NCBI GenBank assembly: GCA_002269645.1
Contig: NIVC01000432.1
Span: 62,001 to 126,000, forward strand
Origin: Macrostomum lignano
Taxonomy: Eukaryota
Direction of reading: 5' to 3'
Length of the DNA stretch: 64,000 bases
Shown: positions 1-11,339 of the stretch, piece after piece
Layout: each line of letters starts with the position of its first letter
How positions within the stretch are numbered: position 1 is the stretch's first letter
Made by a program: the position numbers and the translations under genes
Notes under the pieces: generated by a model
The model's database searches: none
Told to the model about the DNA's origin: nothing
Seen by the model: only the letters and a program-made list of their open reading frames with translations

Positions 1-1177
1 ATAGCTTGTGTTTCCATGGACGCGCATCAATAAAGACGCGTGTCCTTTGGTGACCATAAAGGATTTAAGTTTAAAACCAAGAGTGTTTTCTGCACGGTTT
101 ATACTCTCAATTTTCTACACTTGCATGTACACCATACCATCATCGGCTGCTATCGGGTTAGTTATACCTCAAATGCTTGATTGTCATGCCAGCAGTCAGC
201 ATCGTATGTTGGATGCAAATCATTTTGTGCGAACAGCAAAGCTATAAGACTAAACGTGTTGATATAAGGTTTGTTGCGAGCAAAAACAACCAACTTTGGT
301 TGGCAATTGCTTCATGGTTGACAGAACAAGGTTGCAAGGGTATGAGAGTGAAACATGAAACATCAGTGTAACTTGATGCAACGCTGGTGCCGTGAATTTT
401 GATAGTTATAATTTTCTGCTAGCTTAGCCTGGCCTGACAGTCGTCAACGAACAGTGCAATTGCTTGCCTACGTTTCTGTATACTGAAGCAACTTTTTTGC
501 TTCTGGGGCTAACCACCCGAAAATACATGACCCCCATGTAGAAGGGAATGTTGTCAGTGCACATGTTACTCTTGTCCGAAGCGAATTAAGATTTCAAAGA
601 GGATTCCGAAGAGTCTCAAGTAAGCCTGGACAAAATGTATGAGATTTCAAGCACTTCACAGCTACATCGATGACTTTGGTAGCTCTTATACCTATTTGAA
701 GTCAACGACCGAACTGGAAGTGTCTCGCTTCCTTATTTGACTAAGAAAAGAGCTGTGAGTGTTTAAAAAAACCAAAATCTATTGAACCCGAAATAGCTCG
801 AGTGTCCTTGTAACACCTTTCTTAGTTGGTTCCTATAGCTACCTATTGAAGCTTTGCTATGCCACTTTGGTTTGATGAAATACAGAGAAATCGACGAGGG
901 CTCTTCTGTGTTGGAATTTTTCAGCCCAGTCAAATTGCTTCGCGGGGATTTTCTCTCAAAATTTCACTTCCTCGTTGCTTCGAGTTGCTGACGTCAAAAA
1001 TTTCTTAAATCATTTTTTTCTCACAAATGAAGCTCAAACTCTATTTTAGGAAAATGAAAATGAAATCGTACTTTTGGATGCACAATAATGTTAAAATATG
1101 CACTCAGGACACCAAGGAGAGACTGACAGACAATCGGTTCCCAGAAAATGAGTATGTATGAATACGTGATTAGAAGT

Positions 1178-1345
1178 GTGTGACTGAAGACATTGAAGCG
1201 TGTGACTGAAGACATTAAAGTGTGTGACTGAAGGCATTGAAGCGTGTGACTGAAGACATTGAAGCGTGTGACTGAAGACATTGAAGTGTGTGACTGAAGA
1301 GACTGAAGTATGACAGAAGACATCGAAGTGCGGGACTGAAGACAG
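1178..1345. repeat. ~22-bp minisatellite (GTGTGTGACTGAAGACATTGAA)
   Basis: About 7 imperfect tandem copies are directly visible. Confidence 0.85.
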
Positions 1346-4300
1346 GAAAACATTGGATATGCAGAAGCACACTTCACTGGAAGACAGCAAAATAACCGAC
1401 TCTGATTTAAAAATTCCACGAGTTACAAAAAATGTATTTAAAGATTCAAAGCGGGCATCATATGTGAACTAGTGAATTTATAACCATGTAGTACTAATAG
1501 GGTTCCATAAAGAATTCTGCGGCCCTACAAAACTGCAGTAGATGTGACGAGCAATAAAAGAATGAGAAAAATCTCCTGCTATAGGAAAAATCCTTAGCCA
1601 CAGGATAAGCCTGCTAATCAGCATCAGCGTGATAGCACAGCATACCGTATCCCGTACAGCAATCTGACGTTGGTGACAGATATGTACTTTTACATTGCAC
1701 CGACGTTCAGCCGACGTATGACATACGACGTATGATTCAACGCTTCCACGCAGTTTTTCTTCGAGTTTTCTCCTATTCGTTATGCATCCTGCGGGTCTCA
1801 AGATCTCCCTGACTGTCCCGGCCAGAGATTTCACCGCCGCGATATGAGAAGATCTATGAGAGCGATCAAAGCATCCTTTCACCCGCCCCCTCCGCAGAGC
1901 AGACATGACCGGATGGATTTGGAATCCGAGTAATTGGTAGGACAATTGGTATGACTTCATCATCCCTCGATGTACATGTAGTATTTTTCCTCGCTGTATG
2001 GGTATGTACATGTACAAGACTTCAAGAAGTTGAGCGGCTTGAGCGGGCAAGAAAGAACGCAATCTTGAGCGGCTTCTGATGCACACAACTATAAGCCAGT
2101 CTGTACTGTAGCCAGGACAGTTTTCAGCCATATGCCTCCACGCAGTCCTGAGTGCAAAGCATGCATAAATAAACATGCGTGGGAAGCGTTGACAACTTTT
2201 CACTGTCCACTCCCGCAGCCTTCATCCCCTGTGTCCGACCTCGCCGAAGCAGAGCGGAGTGCTGACTGTCGAGCTCCGCCTAACCCCCCCCCCACCAACC
2301 CCGCTTCGGCGGCCCCGCGGAGCATGCAGCATCAGCATTTCATTCAATTGGATTTTTCCGCACGGATGCTTTGCACTAGTCAAGCTTGAAGCCGCCGCCG
2401 CCGCCGCCGCCGCCGCCGCGCCCCTTTAGCTCTGTTTTACCATCCTAACCCTCACATTTCACCCCCTCCATCATTCCCCCTCAGGCAGCCCTAGAGCCGG
2501 CCCATGCAGCAGCTACAAAATTCTAAATTCCAGTCCCGCAAGCAGTCCAGCCCAGCAGCCTGCAGCCACTCAGCTACCAGAGTGTGACGGCTGCCCAATG
2601 GCTATCCATACTAAGCATGTGGCCAAATATATTTGAAATACGCTTCCCAATGCTGCACTAACAGCCTCTAGCAGCTCGTCTCTTTCTCTCTCTCGTTCAC
2701 TGTCACTGTCTCACTCACTCTCACTCTCCATGGCGCTTTCCCGCTGCGCTCCTCTACTCACAGATTTTAACGCGTCTCGTTGCTCCCTCGTTGCCCTTAG
2801 GGCCCCCGAAAACTCTCTCATGCCTCCTTCCCTATTCTCGTTCAGCCCCACCGCCATGGAAGAGTCTTGATTTCCCCCTCTCTCTTTCTCTTTGCTGTCT
2901 CAGACATTCCGTCTTCCCTGCCAAGTTAAATAAGCAGACTTGGCCGCTGATTACTTATAGCCCCCCTCCCCGCACCCCAACCCCTACAGCAGCTAGCGGA
3001 GCACGCATTGGGCCGTGGAAGTGAGAGAGAAATGAAAATGAAGGAGACGGGATAAAGCCTTGGGAGAACGGCACTGGCATTGCATTCCCATGCATAATCC
3101 CCCCTCGCCATAGCCTCATTCCGTTGCCCTCTAAAGCTGATCCTTCAGTGCAGCTACCGCCTAAATCCTACCCCCCCCCTAACTGCGGCTCTCCCTCTCT
3201 CCCTCATCCGCTGCCTCCCTCCTGTCTCTACTCGCCTCCTCGTCAAAGACCCAACCATAGCCGCAGAGAGCGAGAGGCAGCCAGACAGTGCGCTGTAACT
3301 CCCGCATAAAGTCCGCGCTCCAACCTCCGCCCCGTGGGCTGCCTGTCTTGAGCCATGCCGTGAGGACTGCACGGGCTCAAACCAGAGCTTGTGTTGTGTG
3401 TGCGCGCGTGTGTGAGAGAGAGCTGAATTCTCAAACCCTTTCAGACGCTTTCCCTTCCTCATTCCCTGGACTCTCCCTTTCCTGAATGCTTGTATCCGTC
3501 TAAACTCACTCCTCCCCTCCCTCTCTATCATTTCATTTCCCTTCTTCCATTTTGCTCGCCCAATCCTTCGCTCGGTCGCCAGTTGGACAAGAAGCAAAAA
3601 AGCGACGCTGCCCTCCTCCTCTTCCTCCACGCCATCCCCCAGCTCCCCTTTCGTATTCCCCTCCTTTTCAAGCAGTTTCCTGCCGAGGCCAGCGCGGTCA
3701 GACAGACAGACAGACGCAGTCACACTCACACGCATATAGGCAATAGAATTCGCCCACCTCATCCTACTCTCTCTCCGATTAGCCCGCTTAGACATTCACC
3801 GCTGCACCTTCATCCCTCGCCTCCCCTCTTGCCTCCATCCCGCCTAGCAGTTCCCACTTTCCTTCACCTTTGGGACTTTCGAAATCGCTCCTATGCAACC
3901 TCCTGCAGTCGCCCAGTCCCGCATTTTTTTGTCCGTTGCTGCTTTTGTCCCTTGGAGAATAATTCGCTCGCTTTTTGCCGTGTCTCCCACGAGTAAAAAA
4001 AAAACTACGGGACTTTCTCCTCTCTCTACAGAAGGTGATTGGTAGTGGCAGAAAAAATAAGAGATCAGTTATAACATCCTTGATCGTAAGTGGAACAATT
4101 GACTTGCATTCTATTGCCGATGTGCCAGCACTAGAGATTCCCCCCAGCAAAACAGTTTTGTCAATTTGTTACCCAACATAAGCCATAACGCATCCTCCAC
4201 GATTTAACGCGTCCACACAGTCTTTCTTCGAGTTTGCTCCTATTCGCTTTGCATCCTGCGGGTCTCAAGCGGATAGATCTCCCTGACTGTCCCAGCCCTC

Positions 4301-5020
4301 TAAGGCCAGAGATCCCATCGCCGCGATATGGTAAGATCTACGAGCGTATGAGCGAGAAAAACCAGCGTCTTTTCAAAGCCCGGATGGATTTGGAATCCGA
4401 GGAATTGGTAGGACAAGAGTCGGGGGAGAAGAGGTCGAATGCAAATTTTTTCCTTCTTGATTCCCAGTCGGGCGCCCCCGCGGCCCCTCTCAGTCGTCTC
4501 CTTCTATTCCATAATTTCCCGACGCGGTCCCGACAAGCCGCATGGGAGGAGGGATCTAAGGCCTTCCGGCGCGATAGCAGTTCGTTCGTTGCCAATAAAC
4601 GAGCCTGAAATCAGTATTGGTATAACGCACACAGGCCCGAGTGCCGCACTGCATAAGACTGGACGCCCAAATGCACAAAAAACCTCTCTGGTACTGAAGA
4701 CCTTTGGCCGACTGCCAGAGGGTGCCCATCCTGCGAAGTGACTCTCTCTCTTTCTCTCTCTCCCCAACCTCCCGCTTCCACTCTTCTCTTTCTTATTGGC
4801 TGGACAAGTGCGAGGAGAGAGGGAAAGGGATTATGAGGCTAGAATATAGAGGAATACGCAGCCACTGTCCGTTTCTATCGCAGGAGGCCCGAGGCGCTGG
4901 TAGCAGATCCGTTATTCACTTGTCCGCTTTGTCCCCACCTCTCCTTGTGCAGTCGCCGAGCCCCTTCTGCGATCGCGAAACGCCTATCCATAGCCAGGAA
5001 GATTCTTTTGGCTCGGGCAA

Positions 5021-6499
5021 ATGATTGCCGAGGAGCACAGAACACAGGAGACTCCGGTCGGGTCGTTGCTTAGCAACATCAACAGCGACGGCGACGGCGT
5101 CGGAGTCCCGGCTGATCCCGGTGAATTCGGTTTAGCGGATGCGCCACCGAATGGCGCCGCGGCGTGTGGCAGCGCCACAGAGGAGGAGGACGCAACCGAC
5201 GCTACGGATGCGGCCGCCGCCGCAGCAGTCGAGGAGGCGGTGGCGATCGCCGAAGCTGCCGCTGCGGCGGCGGCGGAAGAGGCAGAAGCCGCCGCCAAGG
5301 CCGCTGAAGCAGCTGAGGCTGCATCAAGCTCGGATCCGCCTAATATGAAGCGGCGACACGCCATCTACGAGATCATCGACTCGGAGGAGAGCTACGTCAA
5401 CAAGCTGCGCTTTATAGCTGAAAAGTACATTCCACTGAAAGACGACCCGGATGTTACTCTGCCGCCGGACCTCGAGGAGAAGTGGAGCATCATCTGGGGC
5501 AACTGGTGGCGCCTGCTGGAAGGCCACGAGGAGATCCTAGCCAAGCTCAAGCAGGCCTACGAGACCGATCTGGACACTGTGGCAAATGTGTTTATAGCCA
5601 AGGAGCGTCACATGACCAGCTGGTACTCGAAGTACTGCGAGAATCACCGCAAAGCGCAGCATATCGCCTGCGACCAGTACCGGGACTTCTTTGAGCAAGT
5701 GCGTCAAACTCTACGCGACAAAGAGGACATGAACTCGCACCTGATGAACCCGGTGCAGCGCTGCATGCGGTACAGCCTGCTGGTGGGTACAGTGATTGAA
5801 AAGGCTCGCAAAGACGGACTCCAGGGACCCGGCATGGCCGGCTGGGAGCGCATGCTGGAGATCATGCGCGAGCTACCAATGAAGACCGAAAGCATTATGG
5901 AGGCCTCCAGGATCGACAACCTGGAGACTGGCATTCGGGTGACCTCCTTAGGACAGGTGCGCATCAAAGGCGTCCTTCGTCTCAGTGTGATCAACGGACC
6001 CTACGATCCGAGCTCGAATCCTGCCCCGTCCCAGTTGAAATTTGAGCAGAGAAAAATTTTCCTATTCGATCAGATGATGCTCGTGACAGAGGTGAAACGC
6101 TCCGGCAAGGTGAAAGCTGGCGACCAGTTCAGCAGCATGCAGACAATCTACATCTACCGCAGCAAGGTGAAGATGAACAACATGCGCTATTTCTCCTCGT
6201 ACAAGTATTCAGCGGCCACAAGCAGCAACCCGGCCGACGAGGAAGACGAGCTACTATTCTGCGTGTTCGACACCACGCCCGGAGCCAACGTTGTGTACGT
6301 TTTTGACCCCGTTGATACGACCACCAGGACAAAGTGGGTGGTGGAGCTGCGCCAGATGGAGAAACAGCAGATGGACTTCTTGAAGATTCTACAGAACCCC
6401 GTGGCTGGCGCGTCCGATCATCTTGGGGTGCCGGCCGAGACGACTAAGAAGAGTGCGAAGGACAAGGATAAGGGCCGGTCAGACAGCAGGAAAAAGTGA
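5021..6499 (+). CDS. Rho guanine nucleotide exchange factor (DH-PH; Trio/Kalirin/puratrophin-like), single exon, 492 aa
   Basis: Uninterrupted ORF. Dbl-homology motifs KRRHAIYEIIDSEESYVNKL, YSKYCENH and HLMNPVQRCMRYSLL, then a PH-like region (GVLRLS...RKIFLFDQMMLVTE...YIYRSKVKM...TRTKWVVELRQM). Ala/Glu-rich N-terminus. Confidence 0.9.
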   Translation: MIAEEHRTQETPVGSLLSNINSDGDGVGVPADPGEFGLADAPPNGAAACGSATEEEDATDATDAAAAAAVEEAVAIAEAAAAAAAEEAEAAAKAAEAAEAASSSDPPNMKRRHAIYEIIDSEESYVNKLRFIAEKYIPLKDDPDVTLPPDLEEKWSIIWGNWWRLLEGHEEILAKLKQAYETDLDTVANVFIAKERHMTSWYSKYCENHRKAQHIACDQYRDFFEQVRQTLRDKEDMNSHLMNPVQRCMRYSLLVGTVIEKARKDGLQGPGMAGWERMLEIMRELPMKTESIMEASRIDNLETGIRVTSLGQVRIKGVLRLSVINGPYDPSSNPAPSQLKFEQRKIFLFDQMMLVTEVKRSGKVKAGDQFSSMQTIYIYRSKVKMNNMRYFSSYKYSAATSSNPADEEDELLFCVFDTTPGANVVYVFDPVDTTTRTKWVVELRQMEKQQMDFLKILQNPVAGASDHLGVPAETTKKSAKDKDKGRSDSRKK

Positions 6500-7036
6500 G
6501 TTGGATGGATGATTGCAAGTGAGATCTGCGTTTCAATGCAGGCGACACGTGACGCTCGCATTAGGAGGACGTCATTTTATATTTTTAAGTCTAGTTTGCC
6601 AAAACTGCTGTCTATTTTGACCGCGATAAAGTGTCACTTTACTTTCTTTAACGCCTGCCAGTTCATGTCCCTGTCGGGCAGCAGCTTGAGTCATAGACAA
6701 AAGCATTAAAAACTCCATTGAATTGCGCCAAAACTACAGTTTACTTCTGTAGTGCACCTAAACAAAAAATTATGTTAAAATGTTTAAAAAAGGTGATAGG
6801 AGTTTTACCACCAAAGGTTGCATTTTGATCATGTCAATGACTGCTACAGACCACTTGTTCCTTTTAACTGTATTGACCGGTTTCGTTGACGCATCAATCT
6901 TCTTGACGGAATCAAGATATAAGCGTGTCATGATTAGCAGCTCGTAGATGGCAAATCTTCAACGGGTCTTGCTTAGCCGGCCCACTTTCCAGCAAGTCTA
7001 ATTTCCCATTTTCTTGTTCGAATGATAACAATGTAA

Positions 7037-7459
7037 TATAGTATTTGTCATGCTATCTCAGCCTAGAGACATCCAAACTCAGCCAGTCCCATTCCGCAAT
7101 GCGTTTTTTTGGCTCGAGCTAGTCGACTTTTACCATAGACATGCTTCTTGGGGCCGTGCTGGCTCAGCCTGGGACATGCAATCTCAGCCAATATAGATTT
7201 CAATTGCAAACAGATCTCAATGCTATCATTTCTATAACGTGACATGAAATGGCAACAAACAGCAATGAATGAACGCAGCAAGAAAAGTCAGTAAGGGTAC
7301 GCAACAACGCTGAGATTGCATGTCCCAGGCTGAGATAGCATGGCCTTAAGAAGCATGTCTATGGTAAAACTTGACTGGCTTACGTAAAAAATCGCACTGT
7401 CGAGATGGGCTGGCTGAGTTTGGATGTCTCTAGGCTGAGATAGCATGACAAATACTATA
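7037..7459. mobile_element. MITE / fold-back element with ~155-bp inverted arms, TA at both ends
   Basis: The outer ~50 bp (TATAGTATTTGTCATGCTATCTCAGCCTAGAGACATCCAAACTCAGCCAG) is the exact reverse complement of the right end. The arms continue imperfectly to ~7191 and ~7309, with a ~115-bp spacer. Confidence 0.85.
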
Positions 7460-8116
7460 CTAGCGTGTTTTGTTACAGAAAAATCGATGGTTCAAACCCA
7501 TACCTCCTTCACCAGTGCTTCAAATTTTATAGTCTATGGTAAAATCCTTAAAATCCCGCAAGGCTCCGCCTCGACAGCAGACCCCTTGACCCCGCTGTGC
7601 AGTGCCATAGACAGAATTGCATTTCTGAAATTTAGTTGGCTCCCCGACGAAACTGCAACCCTTCCTATATATAGAACGCATTTCTGCACACACAAAAACA
7701 AGCAGACGTCTTGCATGCTTTCTAAGCTAGATTTTGTATAAGCCTGGACCACCAACATCCGAGGCGTGATAAATCAATTCTGTGCGGCTAAGGCCCCCGG
7801 TTGTGTAGTGTGGTGGCTGGGAAAGAGGAGGCATAGAGCTGTACCGAACCGCATCATGAAGACAGCCCTGGTGCAGGCGAACTAAATGGTAACTGTGCGA
7901 TCTGTCAGCAACTGACACGCATTGCATGCTGTGTTGCAGCGGTGCAAATTTGCGAAAATTTTTAACGCAATTGATTCATCACTGCTCTGCAATGTCGCTG
8001 ATTTCCATTGGACGCGTTTAAAAGCAAAAGTGTGTAGACTAGCTGATAAAATCACTGGTCAAAGGCTAAGGAAAACAAGTTCAAATTATTGCTAACATTA
8101 GTTACTGCCATAGAAG

Positions 8117-8485
8117 GGGGGCCGTAGCCCAGCGGTAGTGCAGCTGCTCTGGTGTGCCAGCGACCCAGGCTCGATTCCAAGTGCAGTCACATTAATTTGG
8201 GGCTGAATTGGAATCTCGGCTTGGCTCTGCTCGTGCAATTAACGGCCTTGAGAGCCAACCCCCCAAGGCGCAGTGCAGTGTACATGCCTAACGATAAAAT
8301 AAAGTTAGGGCCGCTGTACACTCCTGTGTGAGTGTGTGCCTGCGTACGTATCCGCGCGCTTGTGTGCTTGCTCAGGGGAGTCGGCCTGCTCAGGGGAGTC
8401 GGCGGAATGGGCAGTAATGCCTCTCGCCGGTTGTGTGCCTATGTCGCTTAAAGTGCGCCAGGGTGCACACAACCCCCCTGCCTCT
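8117..8485 (+). mobile_element. tRNA-derived SINE, near full-length copy
   Basis: Pol III A box TAGCCCAGCGG and B box GGCTCGATTCC in a tRNA-like head. The body recurs at 51206-51410 (+) and 63698-63985 (-). Ends in an A-rich tail (CTAATAAAAT). Confidence 0.8.
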
Positions 8486-9659
8486 AATAAAATACTACCA
8501 TAGACTTATACGGCGGTTAGCGTGCAGCCAAAAATGCATCATTAATAGTTGAAAACCAGTCCAATTTTTCACAATCTGAAGAGAAAGTCAAGAAGTGACC
8601 AAGCCAGTTGTTGAGAAACACTGACTGCTCAGACAGAATGGGTGAGCAAGTGTACAGGACGCATCCATCGTCACGGGATCGAGGAGTCCAGATGAGGCCT
8701 TGCAGAGCGGAGGGGGCAGCAGTTGCTAATGAGCAGAATGGACTGCCAGCCGTTAGCAGAGCACTGGATGGATTTCGCTGGCTTTCTGCATAATCCCACG
8801 CATGCAGTGGTGTCCGTGTACAAGCGTAAAAGTACATCCGTCAGTCCAAGCCATTAAACAGCTTATGCATATAGACGCACATATAGTTTATCTAGCTGAG
8901 GCTTGAGTGGGTAAAACTGTTTAGAAATGCAAAAATTGGGTCGCATAGAAAACTGCAGTAGGCAGCATAATCCTTCTTTCCCAGGGAAAGCCCCAGCATG
9001 GTATAAAATATTGGAGCCCAAATTGATATTTGTTCAAACCTAGACCTCCCTCTCCTCCCAGATCCCTGGATCCCCCGCTCAGTCAATCTGAGGGGTAGCA
9101 GCCTTCCCTCTCTGTACTCTCTGCCAAGCTTCCTTAATTCCCAATTCTGGTCCACAATCTCCATCCCTATCTCCCATCCCCAAGCCTCTTCTTATTCTCC
9201 CTATGCTATTAGTGGTGATTGCTTTTTGACTAGCAGATGGTCCCGCCTGAGACCGTCGGTTTACAATAAATCTCTAGCTGTCAGAATCCGGACAGATGTC
9301 ATTAATTCAAATAGTCATTCTTCTTTCTTGATACTTGCATTGAGGAAATGTTGCTTAGTTCCATATTTATCTACATGATTATTTAATTGTCGATGTTGCA
9401 TAACATTGCAATCTGCGTAGATCAAGGAATTTTTTTTCGCGAAATCATTTTATATGATTTTTTATTAAAGAGAGATGGAGTCGCCCTGCTCATGGCTGAA
9501 TATGAGTGATGACGGAGTAAACAAATTTACGGAATAAGACAGTGCGTGGGTGTGACAGGATGGGTGGGAAGAGGAAGATTCTGATATTAATTAATTTCTG
9601 TGCTGTTAAAATGCGTTTGGTTTGATTTGTTACTTTGAAGCAATGGATTAACCCCCTTC

Positions 9660-10346
9660 CCTTTGGCGAATGAGCATTACCCCTGACAAACAGAATAATT
9701 CCCCTTGACGAATGAGCATTACCCCTGACAAACTCAATAATTCCCCTTGACGAATAAGCATTACCCCTGACAAACTCAATAATTCCCCTTGACGAATAAG
9801 CATTACCCATGACAAACTGAATAATTCTCATTGACGAATAAGCATTACCCCTGACAAACAGAATAATTCCTTTGACGAATGAGCATTACCACTGACAAAC
9901 TGAATAATTCCTTTGACGAATGAGCATTACCCCTGACAAACTGAATAATTCCCCTTGACGAATAAGCTTTACCCCTGAGAAACTGAATAATTCCCCTTGA
10001 CGAATAAGCATTACCCATGAAAAACTGAATAATTCCCCTTGAAAAATAAGCATTACCCCTGACAAACAGAATAATTCCCCTTGACGAATAAGCATTACCA
10101 CTGACAAACTGAATAATTCCTTTGACGAATGAGCATTACCCCTGACAAACTGAATAATTCCCCTTGACGAATAAGCTTTACCCCTGAGAAACTGAATAAT
10201 TCCCCTTGACAATAAGCATTACCCCTGACAAACTGAATAATTCCCCTTGACAAATAAGCATTACCCCTGACAAACAGAATAATTCCCCTTGACGAATAAG
10301 CATTACCCCTGACAAACAGAATAATTCCCCTTGACGAATAAGCATT
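9660..10346. repeat. ~43-44-bp minisatellite (ATTACCCCTGACAAACTGAATAATTCCCCTTGACGAATAAGC)
   Basis: About 15 tandem copies. Confidence 0.95.
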
Positions 10347-10964
10347 TCAATTCTTTCAATAATTGAAATTCTTCATGGAAGCAATTTTATACAAGACAAC
10401 AAGCAAGCCATCGTTAGTCGCTTCAGGGGGAGAAGGGAGAGGGGAGGCCAAATGATAAAAAGCCAGATCCCATCGCCCGGAGGTTTCGCTGCACATTCTC
10501 TCATCTCTCCCTCTTGCCGCCGCCATTCACATTATAACAGCTTGCTTGCCCAGGCTTTGCTGCTTCTGCTTTGCTGCTTCTGCTCTTCCATCCCAGCAAT
10601 CCGCCTGTCTGACTGCGCACTCTTCCCGACTTGGTCCCCCACTCCGACTGCCCGTCCTCGCGTTTCCGATCTCCTCTCTATTTCTCCCATGCCAATCCCG
10701 GGCGCCAATATTTGTTTACTTCTTCTTCTGCACCGAGCGCCTAACGCGCAATCCTACTTCTAAAAGAAGAAAAGCGAACCGTTGGCCCCTCTGTTCTTGG
10801 TCCGGTTTAGCATCGACCTGCGCAAAGTATTGTGTTGCTGGTGGTCGGGCAGGGACAAAACATGCTATATTTTAAGGATTTTTTCCTCTGCTTAGAGGCC
10901 GCATCCCACTAGGTTCGCGGCCTCTGCTTAACAAATGGAAACCAAGGAATGCCAGCTCCCTGTG

Positions 10965-11275
10965 TCTGTACTTCTCCCTTCCACTCTCGCCAGTCTGCTA
11001 CTCTCTGCATTTTCTCTCCCTATCTTCCTCTCTCCTCTCTACCCCTCTCCCCTCTCCTCTCTGCCTCTCTCACCCTCTCCCGCTCTCCTCTCTCCCTCTC
11101 TCACCTCTCTCTCTCTCCCTCTCGCTCTCTACTTTTCTCTCTCTCCATCTCTGTCTCTCTCCTCTCTACCTCTCTACTTCTCTCCCTCTCTACTTCTCTC
11201 CCTCTCTTCCTCTCTCCTCTATCCATATTCCTCTCAAATTTTCTCCTCCTCTCTCCCCTCTCTCCCTCTCAATTT
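10965..11275. repeat. CT-rich polypyrimidine low-complexity tract
   Basis: Almost exclusively C/T on the + strand. Confidence 0.85.
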
Positions 11276-11339
11276 TCAAATAATTGCAAACCACTGAAAT
11301 AATCCAAGCCTCAAAAAATTCCCATTGTCAGAGGCAAGC

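Noticed and set aside
1478-2203. 241-aa minus-strand ORF
   Set aside because: No recognisable motifs; the substitution pattern versus the 4205 copy favours the plus-strand frame, if any.
8117-8192. tRNA gene
   Set aside because: A and B boxes are present, but the acceptor and anticodon stems do not pair properly and the head continues into a dispersed repeat body, so it is a SINE head.
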